Below, one piece after another: positions 17,255 through 27,068 of a stretch of 64,000 bases of DNA (position 1 is its first letter; the number at the start of each line of letters is the position of its first letter). This DNA comes from a virus, in the IMG/VR virus record IMGVR_UViG_3300037359_000101, positions 4,876 to 68,875 of that record, one strand, 5' to 3'. Both the position numbers and the translations under genes were made by a program. The notes beneath the pieces are model-generated. The model was not told the DNA's origin. It did no database searches and saw nothing but the letters and a program-made list of their open reading frames with translations.

Positions 17255-19390
17255 ATGGCCGACTTATCTCAAACGCCTCTGAACAGCATGACCGGGACGG
17301 GCTATCCCCAGAACTACCTGGGATCGGTGATTCAGAGCCCGAAGCTCAGCACTTCAGGTAAGCCGACACAGCGCAGCATTCGAGACATCGGAATGGCTCG
17401 GGACGTAGTAAAGACGGTTATCATGGCGGGCAGGAATCGGTCCATCGTCAATTCTCGAATTCTCGCCAAGTATAACGCGGAGCGGCCCTACGACGCTTAC
17501 AAACTGGAAGCGGAGGGGCTTGGGTGGCGAAGTAATTTCACGACGAAGCCCCTGCCGTCGATGATCGAGAAAGTGGCACCGCGCTTTGTCTCCGTGGTGG
17601 ACGGGCTGAAGTATTTCACGAACGCCACGCTAAGCAACAAGTGGCAGGACAGCCAGGGAAAGACGGACAAGTTCCGGGCGGAGATTACGAAGACGATCCG
17701 CGCTCGTAAGGGGTGGCGCACGTTGATCGAGGACATCGCTTTCGACGACGCGCTCTTCGGCCACACCATTGTCGCTTGGCTCGACGAGTTTTCTTGGTTT
17801 CCGAAGCACTTCAAGCAGGATGAGTCCTTCGTTGCGGACGGGACCAAATCAGACCCGCGCTGGGGGCAGATCGTGGTCTTGAAGGAAGTTTACCTTCCGC
17901 ACGAGTTGTTCGCTCAGATCAGCCCGGACCCGGACGCGGCTAAGGACGCCGGCTGGGACCTGGGGGAAACCCGGGGGGCCATCAACCGGGCCTCTCCAAT
18001 TCAAATTCGAGACCGGCTGAACGTGGGCGGCACCCTGGAGACGTGGTATCAGAATGCTCTTCGGGAGTTGACCATCGGAGCGTCTTATATGGCGGGGAAC
18101 AGCGTAGTGGTTGTTTACACGCTCTTGGCGCGCGAAGTGACCGGCAAGGTTTCCCACTACCGCATGGCGGGGCCGGAGATGTCAAACATTTTCTCCCGGG
18201 AGGATCGGTTCCCGAGCATGGAGGATTGCGTCACTTTCTACACCTTCCAAAAGGGCAACGGCACGCTGCACGGATCGAAAGGCGTAGGCCGGGATATTTA
18301 CGAACTGGCCGGCATGATTGATCGGACCCGCAACGAAGTGGTGGACCGGCTGATTATGTCTGGCAAGACTATGATCCAGGGGGATGTTCGGCGCATTCAC
18401 ACGTTCAAGATGTCGGTCATTGGCAATACAGTGATTGTGCCTACCGGCTGGAACGTCTTGGAACAGAAGATGGACGGAAACGTGGAAGGTTTCCTGAAGC
18501 TGGACGCTTACTTCAAGCAGCTTGTCAACGAGCTTATCGGATCGACTTCGACGCCGCAGCCGGGAACCGGGGGCGAGGACATGCGGTCTCCGGCGGCTTG
18601 GAACCTCCTCGCGCAGCGGGAAGAGGAAAGCCGGGACGTTCGCATCACCCGATTCCTCGCACAGTTCACGGATATGGTGCAGGCGATGCAGAAGCGCCTT
18701 TGTGATCCCGACACGATGGAGTCTGACGCGAAGGCGATGCAGGAAGAGCTTTTGAAGGCCATGACTCGGGAGGAATTGGACGAACTGGCCAAGCAGCCGG
18801 TGGCGGGAACGGTCAGCGATTTAACCCCGTTGCAGCGCCAGTTGGTTGTGTCTATTGCCCAGGAGAAGAAGGGCAACCCGCTGTATAACCAGCGGCAGCT
18901 TGAGCAGGAGGACGTATCCGCTCGAATGAATTCGGATTTTGCGGGCCGCGTGCTTCTCCCGGACAATGACCCCACGGAACAAGCGGAGCAGACGCGGGAA
19001 CAGCTTTTGGAAATCACGCTCTTGGCGCACGGCGAGGCGGTTCCGGTGAGCCCGCGCGACAACCACTTGATCCACCTGCAAGTGCTCATGCCAGCGGCGG
19101 AACAGGCGGCAGGGCAGATGATGCAGGGCCAGTTTGGAACCGACACCTTGGAAACAATGGTGGCGCACATCAACGAGCACTATACCCAGGCCCGTCAACA
19201 GGGAGTGAAGCCGGAAGCATTGGCAGAAGTGGCCGCGTTTCTTGCAAAGGCCGGCCCGGAAATTGCCAAGCTCAAACAGATCGACCAGCAAGCGGCGTTG
19301 TTTTCGCAACAGCACAGCCAACTCGCAGCCGGTGGTGGCGCTCCCCCTGTGGGTGCGGCGACAGGTCCGCAACCGCCACCGCAGCAGTGA
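17255..19390 (+). CDS. portal protein (putative)
   Basis: 711 aa after terL; DDALFGH and GVGRDIY motifs; Q/P-rich C-terminus typical of podoviral portals. Confidence 0.7.
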   Translation: MADLSQTPLNSMTGTGYPQNYLGSVIQSPKLSTSGKPTQRSIRDIGMARDVVKTVIMAGRNRSIVNSRILAKYNAERPYDAYKLEAEGLGWRSNFTTKPLPSMIEKVAPRFVSVVDGLKYFTNATLSNKWQDSQGKTDKFRAEITKTIRARKGWRTLIEDIAFDDALFGHTIVAWLDEFSWFPKHFKQDESFVADGTKSDPRWGQIVVLKEVYLPHELFAQISPDPDAAKDAGWDLGETRGAINRASPIQIRDRLNVGGTLETWYQNALRELTIGASYMAGNSVVVVYTLLAREVTGKVSHYRMAGPEMSNIFSREDRFPSMEDCVTFYTFQKGNGTLHGSKGVGRDIYELAGMIDRTRNEVVDRLIMSGKTMIQGDVRRIHTFKMSVIGNTVIVPTGWNVLEQKMDGNVEGFLKLDAYFKQLVNELIGSTSTPQPGTGGEDMRSPAAWNLLAQREEESRDVRITRFLAQFTDMVQAMQKRLCDPDTMESDAKAMQEELLKAMTREELDELAKQPVAGTVSDLTPLQRQLVVSIAQEKKGNPLYNQRQLEQEDVSARMNSDFAGRVLLPDNDPTEQAEQTREQLLEITLLAHGEAVPVSPRDNHLIHLQVLMPAAEQAAGQMMQGQFGTDTLETMVAHINEHYTQARQQGVKPEALAEVAAFLAKAGPEIAKLKQIDQQAALFSQQHSQLAAGGGAPPVGAATGPQPPPQQ

Positions 19391-19418
19391 GTCTCCCCTC
19401 CCGTGAAAAAACACCCCT

Positions 19419-19751
19419 ATGGAAATACTCGCAAACGAATCCGACTGGCTGCACACTGATGCGGAGAATTGGGCGGCTTTTCTTGGCACCGAAACGGGCA
19501 AGCGGCTGATTCCCGAGTTGGTAAAAGGCTTCCCCGCCCTGCTGGAGGGCGGCGACATAAACGCCATCCTTATCCGCAGCGGCGAAGTCCGGGCGGCCCA
19601 GAAACTCGTGGAGTCCCTGGTTCTTCTCGCGCATCCCTCCGCCCCCGCGCCCAAGGGGGCTTCGGAATACCCCCCGCTAGAGGATGACGCGGCCTGGAAT
19701 GACGGGCAGAAGATAGCGGCCCCCGAAACGGAAACGGAAACCAAGACCTAG
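19419..19751 (+). CDS. small head-module protein
   Basis: FLGTETGKRL motif typical of small genes after portal genes. Confidence 0.65.
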   Translation: MEILANESDWLHTDAENWAAFLGTETGKRLIPELVKGFPALLEGGDINAILIRSGEVRAAQKLVESLVLLAHPSAPAPKGASEYPPLEDDAAWNDGQKIAAPETETETKT

Positions 19752-19755
19752 ATTT

Positions 19756-21078
19756 ATGGCAAACGAAATAGTCCCCGAAGTTAAGCCGGCGGCCCCTGCG
19801 GCTTACCCGGCAGCGCACAACGCCCAAATCGCCCAGCAGGTGAAGTCCCAGGATATAATGGGACAGTCAACTGCTACGGGGGAGTTTGGAGAAGCCACTG
19901 ACGCGCTGGATAAGCTGGCCGCCCAGGTGAAGCCAGCCGAGGCGGTTCCCGCGCCAAAGCCGGACGTAGCGCCAGCGGCGAAACCGGCAGCACCCGCCCC
20001 CGACGCGGCTGAGATCGCCCAGGCGGCGGAAAATGAGAAACACCTGAAGCGGGCCGGAGAGCTTTTCAAGGATTCCCCCGCCCTCCCGCCCAACGCCAGC
20101 CCCAAATCGGCGGAGGCATTTTCTTCGATCAAGATACGCGCGGCTCAAGAGATCAGTGCGCGGGATCAGAAGATCGAGGAGATGGTCAAGCAAATCGAAG
20201 ACGCGAAGAAGCCGGCCCCGGAACAGCTTCAGAGGGAGAAGGAGCTTGAGGAGCACCGGCAGTGGCGGCTTAAGATGGACGTGGACTTCGACCCGAAGTT
20301 CAAGGAGTTCGACAAGTCCATCGGCCAGCAGCGCGAGTTTATTTACGCGCAACTTGCCAAGTCCCCGGCAGTCACCCCCGAGGTTATCGAGCAGATCAAA
20401 AAGATCGGCGGCCCGGACAAGGTGAATTTGTCCAAGCTTTTCGAGGCGATTAAGGACCCGACCCTTCAGCGGCTGGTGGAGTCCAAAGTGGCCGACATCG
20501 AGATGGCGAAGTATAACAAGGAGCAGGCGGTCACGGCGGCCAAAGGAAATCTGTCAAAGTATTTGGAAGAGCGCCAGCAGCAGCTTGCCCAGGAGACTTC
20601 GGCGGCCCGGCACACCACGGTTTCCAGCTTGGAAGGGATGCTGGGAAAGCTCGACTGGTTCTCCGAGAGGAAACTGGAGGCTTCGGCAGATGAGACCGCC
20701 AAGAAAGAAGCGGAGGAGCATAACAAGTTCTTGACGGACCTCAAAGGGCAACTGAGCGCGGCGGTTCAGGACGAGACCCCGGAAATGCGCGCGATCCTGC
20801 TTACGGGAATGGCACAGCTTTTCCACCTTCAGCGGCGAGTGCCCGCGCTCGAAGCTCGGGCCGCCGCAGCCGAGAAGGAACTGGGAGAGGTCAAGGTCAA
20901 ATGGGACGCGGTCCGCAACTCCAGCCGGTCGCGGCTGCAAGAATCGCAGGCCCCGGCGGGGGGAATTCCCGCGCAGAAGACCGGGACGAACTTCAACGAG
21001 CGCGCTTCAGACGCTCTCGACAACATCGCGCGGCAGGTGATGGAGCAGCGGTCGCAACAGGCTTCCGGTAACGCATGA
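19756..21078 (+). CDS. capsid scaffolding protein (putative)
   Basis: P/A-rich N-terminus, charged coiled coil, position between portal and capsid. Confidence 0.6.
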   Translation: MANEIVPEVKPAAPAAYPAAHNAQIAQQVKSQDIMGQSTATGEFGEATDALDKLAAQVKPAEAVPAPKPDVAPAAKPAAPAPDAAEIAQAAENEKHLKRAGELFKDSPALPPNASPKSAEAFSSIKIRAAQEISARDQKIEEMVKQIEDAKKPAPEQLQREKELEEHRQWRLKMDVDFDPKFKEFDKSIGQQREFIYAQLAKSPAVTPEVIEQIKKIGGPDKVNLSKLFEAIKDPTLQRLVESKVADIEMAKYNKEQAVTAAKGNLSKYLEERQQQLAQETSAARHTTVSSLEGMLGKLDWFSERKLEASADETAKKEAEEHNKFLTDLKGQLSAAVQDETPEMRAILLTGMAQLFHLQRRVPALEARAAAAEKELGEVKVKWDAVRNSSRSRLQESQAPAGGIPAQKTGTNFNERASDALDNIARQVMEQRSQQASGNA

Positions 21079-21995
21079 ACCTCGCCCAGTCAGATTCAAC
21101 GTCAGGGGTTGCTCCAGTGGGAGTGGCCCCGGCGGAGTCTGTGGTGGTCTATCATAAGAAGGTGATGGTCGTCCTTCCGTGGTGGAAGCAGGTGTCGCCG
21201 ATCACGGCGTTCTGCGTGGCGCAGTTGATCGACCGCAGGCGAACGTCGTCAATGTTGAATTTCGGGGATGCGTTCATAGCGCACTCCCGCAACTCGTGCG
21301 TTGACGTTTTTCTGCAAACCGAATGCGAATGGTTCTTGACTATCGACGATGACATGGTCGTTCCCTTCGGAAACGCAACGTGGTTTAGGGCGCATACGCG
21401 GTTTGACGACTTCCCGGAACAGTTTCTCTCGCTCAACGCGCTGGACCGGTTGATGAGCCACAAGAAATCGCTGGTGGGGGCGCTGTATTTTGGACGGCAC
21501 CACCACGGGCCTCCGGTGTATAACGAGGCGGGATCAAGCCCGCAGGAAGCGGCGTTCGCGCGCAAGGCCCCACACGATTTGGTCAAGCCGACGCGATGGG
21601 TGGGCACGGGCTGTATGCTCGTGCATCGGAAGGTGTTCGAGGACATTGAGAAGAAATTTCCACGGTTGTCGCGGGGACCAGACCGCAAGGGCGGGAATTG
21701 GTTCACGTCCACCGAGGCAAGCTTGCTTAGCGACGTGCAGGGCCTTCGGGACCGGCTGCAATCGGGACCACTGACGGTTGACAAGGCGTATCAGGCGATG
21801 GCAGGGCTTGAAGAGACGCTGGCCCGGTCCCAGGCGGAGAATTCTCTGGGCTATGGGGAAGACGTGAGCTTCTGTCTGCGCGCGGCGGCGGCGGGGCATC
21901 AGCCCCATGTGGATTTGGGGCTGGTGTGCGGTCATTTGGGGCACTTTTGCTACGGTCCGCGCAGCACCCAGCAAGCCGCGCTCCAGCATGGCTAA
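21075..21995 (+). CDS. GT-A fold (GT2-like) glycosyltransferase
   Basis: IAHSRN, WFLTIDDDM (DxD), GTGCMLVHRKVFE, GEDVSFC, DLGLVCGH. Confidence 0.8.
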   Translation: MNLAQSDSTSGVAPVGVAPAESVVVYHKKVMVVLPWWKQVSPITAFCVAQLIDRRRTSSMLNFGDAFIAHSRNSCVDVFLQTECEWFLTIDDDMVVPFGNATWFRAHTRFDDFPEQFLSLNALDRLMSHKKSLVGALYFGRHHHGPPVYNEAGSSPQEAAFARKAPHDLVKPTRWVGTGCMLVHRKVFEDIEKKFPRLSRGPDRKGGNWFTSTEASLLSDVQGLRDRLQSGPLTVDKAYQAMAGLEETLARSQAENSLGYGEDVSFCLRAAAAGHQPHVDLGLVCGHLGHFCYGPRSTQQAALQHG

Positions 21996-22728
21996 CCAAA
22001 TCTTAATTGCGCTTCAGTTTTGGGAGGGGGATAAGGCCCGGGCGATGGAACTGGCTCGGTTTTTGGCGGACTTGGAACCGGTCAAGCAACAACAGGCCGA
22101 TTTTTTGTTCGCGGCGCGTTTTGATTGCGACCCGGACCCGGCGACCGTGGCCTATGTCTCTCGAAAGTTCAATGTTTACACGCTGAAGAGCAAGCGTCAA
22201 GCGATAGGTTGGCCTGATGGGTGCAATGAGTTGTGGTTTTCGGTGATGGAGTGGGTTCAGTCGTTAGTGTTTTACAAGAAAATCCCCCAATACAAGGCCA
22301 TTTTTACTTGCGAGGCTGACGGCGCGCCGATTATTCAGGATTGGGTCAACTGGTTGTCTCTGGAGTGGGACCGGGTGAACCGACCGAAGCCGGTTTGCAT
22401 GGCCGGCGCTCTCATTCCGCCCATACCCGGATGCACGGATCGTTGGCACATCAACGGAAACGCGCTGATGTCTGGAAACCCGAAGTTTTTGTATTGGATC
22501 GCCCGGAGAATCGGGGGATCGCGCCCGGGTTGTGGCTGGGACTACTGCCTTGCAGGGGATTTCCAGCGAATCGGGTGGGCCGATGTTCCCGGGATAAAGA
22601 GCATTTACAACACCCCCACCTTCACGCCCGAGCAGTATGTGGAGATGATAAAAAATCAGTGGGTCTGGATTCACGGCGTCAAGGACACTTCTCTCATACG
22701 CATGGGAAGGGAGAAATTCAGAGTATGA
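21988..22728 (+). CDS. putative GT-A-like glycosyltransferase
   Basis: GWPDGCN, CEADGAP (ExD), HINGNA, GWD, WIHGVKD C-terminal His motif. Confidence 0.55.
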   Translation: MANQILIALQFWEGDKARAMELARFLADLEPVKQQQADFLFAARFDCDPDPATVAYVSRKFNVYTLKSKRQAIGWPDGCNELWFSVMEWVQSLVFYKKIPQYKAIFTCEADGAPIIQDWVNWLSLEWDRVNRPKPVCMAGALIPPIPGCTDRWHINGNALMSGNPKFLYWIARRIGGSRPGCGWDYCLAGDFQRIGWADVPGIKSIYNTPTFTPEQYVEMIKNQWVWIHGVKDTSLIRMGREKFRV

Positions 22729-23654
22729 ACCGAGATTCTCGCATTTTTGTGGCCGGGCACCGGGGATTGGTGGGCAGTGCGCTTTGCCGGGTCCTAAAGG
22801 CTCAGGGGTTCACGGGGGTTATCACAGTTTCCCACTCCGATGCGGACTTGGAGGACCCGGTCGCCACCGCTTGGCTGTTTTCCTCATACCAACCCGAGTA
22901 TGTTTTTTTAAGTGCGGCGAAAGTGGGGGGCATCGTAGCGAATTCGACGACGCCGGTTGAATTCATGGCGCAGAACCTGCGAATTCAGTTGAACGTCCTC
23001 GAAAGTGCTTATCGGCAGGGCGTCAAGAAGCTGTTGTTCCTCGGGAGCGCGTGCGCGTATCCGAAACTTGCTGAGAATCCGATAAAGGAGAGCGCGCTGT
23101 TGACCGGGGCTCTGGAGCCGTCCAACGAGTGCTACGCGCTGGCGAAGATCGCCGGAATCCGGCTGTGTGAAGCCTACCGGCGGCAGTATGGATGCGATTT
23201 CATCAGCGTGATGCCGACTAACCTCTACGGCATCGGCGATAATTACGACCCGGAGAATTCCCACGTCCTCCCAGGCATGATTCGCCGGCTGGACCAGTGT
23301 GTTCGGAATCGGGCAGACGTGGCCGTCATGTGGGGCTCTGGAAAGCCCGTCCGGGAATTCCTTTTCTCCGACGATCTCGCGCGCGCGTGCGTTCTGCTGA
23401 TGCAGGAGTATCGCGGGGTAGGGTTGGTGAATGCGGGCTCGGGGGATTGGATCAAGCTCTCTGATCTTGCTACCCTGGCCGCTCAAGTGATCGGCTTTCG
23501 GGGCCGAATCGAGTGGGATGCAGGCCGGCCAGATGGGACTCCGATACGATACCTGGACAACTCGATCCTGCTCGACTTGGGGTGGCGGCCCGAGGTGGAC
23601 TTGGCTGAGGGAATACGAATCGCACACGAAGACTTCAAATGCAGAAAGCGCTAA
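22725..23654 (+). CDS. fcl: GDP-L-fucose synthase (GDP-4-keto-6-deoxymannose epimerase/reductase)
   Basis: GHRGLVGS, AAKVGGI, LGSACAYP, YALAK, PTNLYG, NSHVLP, WGSGKPVREFL, PDGTP. Confidence 0.95.
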   Translation: MNRDSRIFVAGHRGLVGSALCRVLKAQGFTGVITVSHSDADLEDPVATAWLFSSYQPEYVFLSAAKVGGIVANSTTPVEFMAQNLRIQLNVLESAYRQGVKKLLFLGSACAYPKLAENPIKESALLTGALEPSNECYALAKIAGIRLCEAYRRQYGCDFISVMPTNLYGIGDNYDPENSHVLPGMIRRLDQCVRNRADVAVMWGSGKPVREFLFSDDLARACVLLMQEYRGVGLVNAGSGDWIKLSDLATLAAQVIGFRGRIEWDAGRPDGTPIRYLDNSILLDLGWRPEVDLAEGIRIAHEDFKCRKR

Positions 23655-24583
23655 TACTCGGAATCACAGGCCAAGACGGCGCGTATCTTTCCAAGCTCTT
23701 GCTTGAGAAAGGATACGAGGTTCACGGAATGGTGCGCCGGTCGAGCGTGGACAATACGCCCCGCCTACGCGACATCATGGACCAGATAGACCTCCACTAC
23801 GGGGACCTCTCTGACAGCGCCTCTATCATGGGAATACTGGACGCGTGCGCCCCCGATGAAGTCTATAACTTGGCGGCTATGAGTGACGTGGGGGTGAGTT
23901 TCAAGACCCCCATTTACTCGGCGGACGTTACCGGCACGGGGACGATTCGTGTTCTGGAGGCGGTCCGGGCGGTGTGCGGGGTCAACACGAGGTTTTATCA
24001 GGCGTCGTCCAGCGAGATGTTCGGAAGCTCGCCGCCCCCGCAGAGCGAGGCTGCCTCTTTCCATCCGCGCAGTCCCTACGGGTGCGCCAAGGTCTTTTCG
24101 TTTCACGCGGTTGTGAATTATCGCGAGGCATACGGTATGCACGCCAGCAACGGGGTGCTCTTCAACCACGAGTCCCCCCTTCGGGGCACTAACTTTGTGA
24201 CGCGGAAGATTGCGAAAGCTGTGGCCCGCATTACGATGGGGCTACAGAAGGAGCTTCGCTTGGGTAATCTCGAAGCCCGACGAGATTGGGGATTCGCGGG
24301 CGATTACGTGGAGGCGATGTGGCGCATGTTGCAGCAGCGCTCGCCGGGAGATTATGTGGTGGCGACGGGCGAGGCGCATTCAGTCCGGGAATTTGTGGAA
24401 GAGGCGTTTACACACGTCAACCTAGACTATCGCAATTTCGTCAAGACGGACCCGAGTTTGTTCAGGCCCTCGGAGGTTGAGTATTTGCTGGGGGACTCCA
24501 GCAAGGCGAAGCGAGTGCTGGGCTGGGAACCGAAAGTCAAGTTTCAAGAGTTGGTGAAAATGATGGTTGACGCAGAACTATGA
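23639..24583 (+). CDS. gmd: GDP-mannose 4,6-dehydratase
   Basis: GITGQDG, YNLAA, YQASSSEMFG, SPYGCAK, FNHESP, FVTRK, RDWG, RPSEV. Confidence 0.97.
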   Translation: MQKALILGITGQDGAYLSKLLLEKGYEVHGMVRRSSVDNTPRLRDIMDQIDLHYGDLSDSASIMGILDACAPDEVYNLAAMSDVGVSFKTPIYSADVTGTGTIRVLEAVRAVCGVNTRFYQASSSEMFGSSPPPQSEAASFHPRSPYGCAKVFSFHAVVNYREAYGMHASNGVLFNHESPLRGTNFVTRKIAKAVARITMGLQKELRLGNLEARRDWGFAGDYVEAMWRMLQQRSPGDYVVATGEAHSVREFVEEAFTHVNLDYRNFVKTDPSLFRPSEVEYLLGDSSKAKRVLGWEPKVKFQELVKMMVDAEL

Positions 24584-25293
24584 ATGAGGACACGAGAATC
24601 GCGGTCTGCTGCTATGCCGGCGACCAGCATCAAATAATCAAGACGCTGGGGGTTTATTTGCACCACCAACGCCCCGTTGTGATTCTCTCTCCCGAGGATT
24701 CCCCGGCGATCATCAACTATCCCGGCATTGAGAACCGAACCGGAGGAAAGCGGTGCTACATTGGTCAGGACTCGCTCGACCGGCAGCGCCGGCACCTGGA
24801 GATTCTGCTGGAGTTTCCCGAGAAGTATTTTTTGATCCACGACGCAGACTCGATGTGCTTGGAGCCGAAGATTCCCGCCTACCTGTATGAGGAGCCCGAC
24901 CACGTCTGGTCCAACATTGTCAACGACGGCATCCCGGAGCATCAGGCCGCCTATCCGCCGGGGTTTCCGCACTTAGCTTTTCAGCCACCCTACTTTTTGT
25001 CGCGGGCGACAATCGAGAAGCTGCTGTCCGTGGCTGGCGAGATCAGGGCCAACCCGGTTCTTCCCTTCATAGATCATTACATGATCCAGCTTGCACTGAA
25101 ATTCGGCGCATCGTATCGGAGTTTCCGGGACGGGGTGAGTTGTCCTATTTCTTGGGACCCCCCGTCAAAAGCGGTGGCGCTGAATGGCGTGCGGACGGAG
25201 GGCCTCATTTTCATCCACTCGGTAAAACGGAAAGAAGACCTCGACGACCTGTTGGCGGCGCGCGCAGATTATTTGCGGCAGCACCCCGGTTGA
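24580..25293 (+). CDS. putative GT-A-like glycosyltransferase
   Basis: FLIHDADS (DxD), FQPPYFLSR, IDHY, FIHSVK; ATGA-coupled to gmd. Confidence 0.55.
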   Translation: MNEDTRIAVCCYAGDQHQIIKTLGVYLHHQRPVVILSPEDSPAIINYPGIENRTGGKRCYIGQDSLDRQRRHLEILLEFPEKYFLIHDADSMCLEPKIPAYLYEEPDHVWSNIVNDGIPEHQAAYPPGFPHLAFQPPYFLSRATIEKLLSVAGEIRANPVLPFIDHYMIQLALKFGASYRSFRDGVSCPISWDPPSKAVALNGVRTEGLIFIHSVKRKEDLDDLLAARADYLRQHPG

Positions 25294-25318
25294 CGGTTTC
25301 TCCAGGGAGTGCGACTGT
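25290..25318 (+). promoter_or_regulatory. putative phage-sigma promoter TTGACG-N17-GACTGT for the capsid gene
   Basis: Motif match; second GCGACTATT copy at about 25326. Confidence 0.6.
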
Positions 25319-25444
25319 TTTAGTGGCGACTATTGCCTCTCCCCGTCGCCGGGAGAACGGCCTTAAAGTGTGCGCTCGATGGCCAGGAGCGAGAGACAAA
25401 CCTGAGTGCGGGCTAATCCCGCCAAGTCAAAAAAGACACACTAT

Positions 25445-26773
25445 ATGGCCTTTTTCTGCGACAACCCCAGTGCGATCAGTGACATCGCCAGTAAGGACAC
25501 CAACCGGATCGTTGGCGTAATTGCCAAGGCACTCGCTGCCAACAGCCCTTACATGAACACCATCAACGGCGGCGTTTTCCCGAGCGGGACTTCTGACGCC
25601 ATCCGTTCAATCGTCCAAATGCAGGCCGCGCCGGGTGACTCCTTGGCGATCCCGACCTTCGTTTGCGATACCGACATCTGCGGTCTGACCGGCGTGCAGG
25701 ACCTCACCGACACCGTGGAGTTTACCCTCCGCCTGGAGTCGTTCCGTGGTCGCGGCCCGAACATCTGCGTCAAGAAAGGCTATGCGGCCTTCAAGGGCAG
25801 CTACGTCATGGCGGAAGACTCCATGAAGAAGCTGGTCACGCAGTATATCAACTCGGACATCCGCGCCCAGTTGTATCTGCGCTCCGCTTCCAAGTTCACC
25901 GCCAACGCCAATTACGATTTCAACTCGCTCTATTCGGGCGGCTTGGAGACGGACCTGGGCGTCAAGTTTGCGCCATTGCTCCCCACGGGGCCGATGACGT
26001 TCAAGGCTCTCCATTACATCGCCCGGTATCTCCGGGAAGTGCTCTTCGGCGAGTGGTATTCGCAGGATCAGGGTATGCCCCATTTCCGGTTCATCGGCGG
26101 GGCCGACCAGATCGAGTATTTCCGCAGTGAAGTCGGCGTCCAGAACGTGATGATCGGCCTCACCACTGGCGGCTACAAGCTCGGCGAGACCACCCTGACG
26201 GCCTACAGTTTCGAGCAGTCCCCGGCTTACCGGGGCCTCGCTTTCGGCGTCGATCAACGCCCGCTCCGCGCGCTCGGTTTCAACGCGGACGGCACGCTGA
26301 ATCTGGTCAATCCCGTCACCATCGTCAGCAACCCCGGGCGCGGCACCGCTTTTGCGAAGCCGAATCCCGCGTGGCTCAGCGCTCCCTACGAGGTGGGCAC
26401 GCTGATTGCGGACGGCAGCTTCGAGCGGCTCGTGCCCGAGAAGTATGTCGGCGAGGGCAGCTTCAAGTTCGCGCCACAGCTTCACATGGGCGAACTGGAG
26501 TGGCACTACCAGATCGACAATCAATGTAATCAGTGGGGGGACTTCGGCTGGCACAAGTATCAGATCACGCGTGCTTACCGGCCGCTCCGCCCGCAACACA
26601 TCATCCCGATTCTGTATCAGCGCTGCACCGCTGACCTGGGCTTGGTTAGCTGCATCACCACTGGCGCGTCCAGCTACAGCGGCGGCAACAGCTACACCAC
26701 CATTGGGGTGTGCGGCGACAACGAGACGCCCATCGTTCGCGGAGCCGCGAATGATCCGACGTTGACCCTGTAA
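25445..26773 (+). CDS. major capsid protein (putative)
   Basis: 442 aa; strongly biased C-ending codons; own promoter motif and strong terminator; position in the head module. Confidence 0.75.
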   Translation: MAFFCDNPSAISDIASKDTNRIVGVIAKALAANSPYMNTINGGVFPSGTSDAIRSIVQMQAAPGDSLAIPTFVCDTDICGLTGVQDLTDTVEFTLRLESFRGRGPNICVKKGYAAFKGSYVMAEDSMKKLVTQYINSDIRAQLYLRSASKFTANANYDFNSLYSGGLETDLGVKFAPLLPTGPMTFKALHYIARYLREVLFGEWYSQDQGMPHFRFIGGADQIEYFRSEVGVQNVMIGLTTGGYKLGETTLTAYSFEQSPAYRGLAFGVDQRPLRALGFNADGTLNLVNPVTIVSNPGRGTAFAKPNPAWLSAPYEVGTLIADGSFERLVPEKYVGEGSFKFAPQLHMGELEWHYQIDNQCNQWGDFGWHKYQITRAYRPLRPQHIIPILYQRCTADLGLVSCITTGASSYSGGNSYTTIGVCGDNETPIVRGAANDPTLTL

Positions 26774-26800
26774 GCCGCCCATCAGGGTAGGGGACAACCC

Positions 26801-26832
26801 GGGGGCGTGGTCTAGGCCACGCCCCCTTTTTT
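26801..26832 (+). terminator. rho-independent terminator
   Basis: GGGGGCGTGG/CCACGCCCCC 10-bp stem followed by T6. Confidence 0.9.
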
Positions 26833-26846
26833 GAACGAAACTTTAT

Positions 26847-27068
26847 ATGCCCTTGGGTGCGATCATAGAAGGCGAACGTAGGCTCCTCGGAGTTTTGGGG
26901 GCTAACGTCACCCTTGGCGGGGTGCGCGTGGTGGCGGAAAAGGCTCACAACCAGATTGCGGACCTTATGCCCCTGTGCTCGGACTTACTAGTGCTGGTCC
27001 AGGTGGCGGTAGGTATCGCCACGCTGGTTTACATGATAATCAAAATCCGTAAGATAACAAAGAAATGA
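26847..27068 (+). CDS. holin-like membrane protein
   Basis: C-terminal TM helix followed by the basic tail KIRKITKK. Confidence 0.45.
   Translation: MPLGAIIEGERRLLGVLGANVTLGGVRVVAEKAHNQIADLMPLCSDLLVLVQVAVGIATLVYMIIKIRKITKK

Noticed and set aside
21075-25293. Host LPS/capsule locus marking a prophage boundary
   Set aside because: Coupled to phage head genes on one side and abutting the capsid promoter on the other; no wzx/wzy/manC; composition looks like neighbouring phage genes
25607-26797. Long antisense ORFs (here and at 34913-36100, 41076-42173, 47541-48692, 54535-55755)
   Set aside because: Shadows of GC-rich, codon-biased sense genes; no motifs or plausible starts
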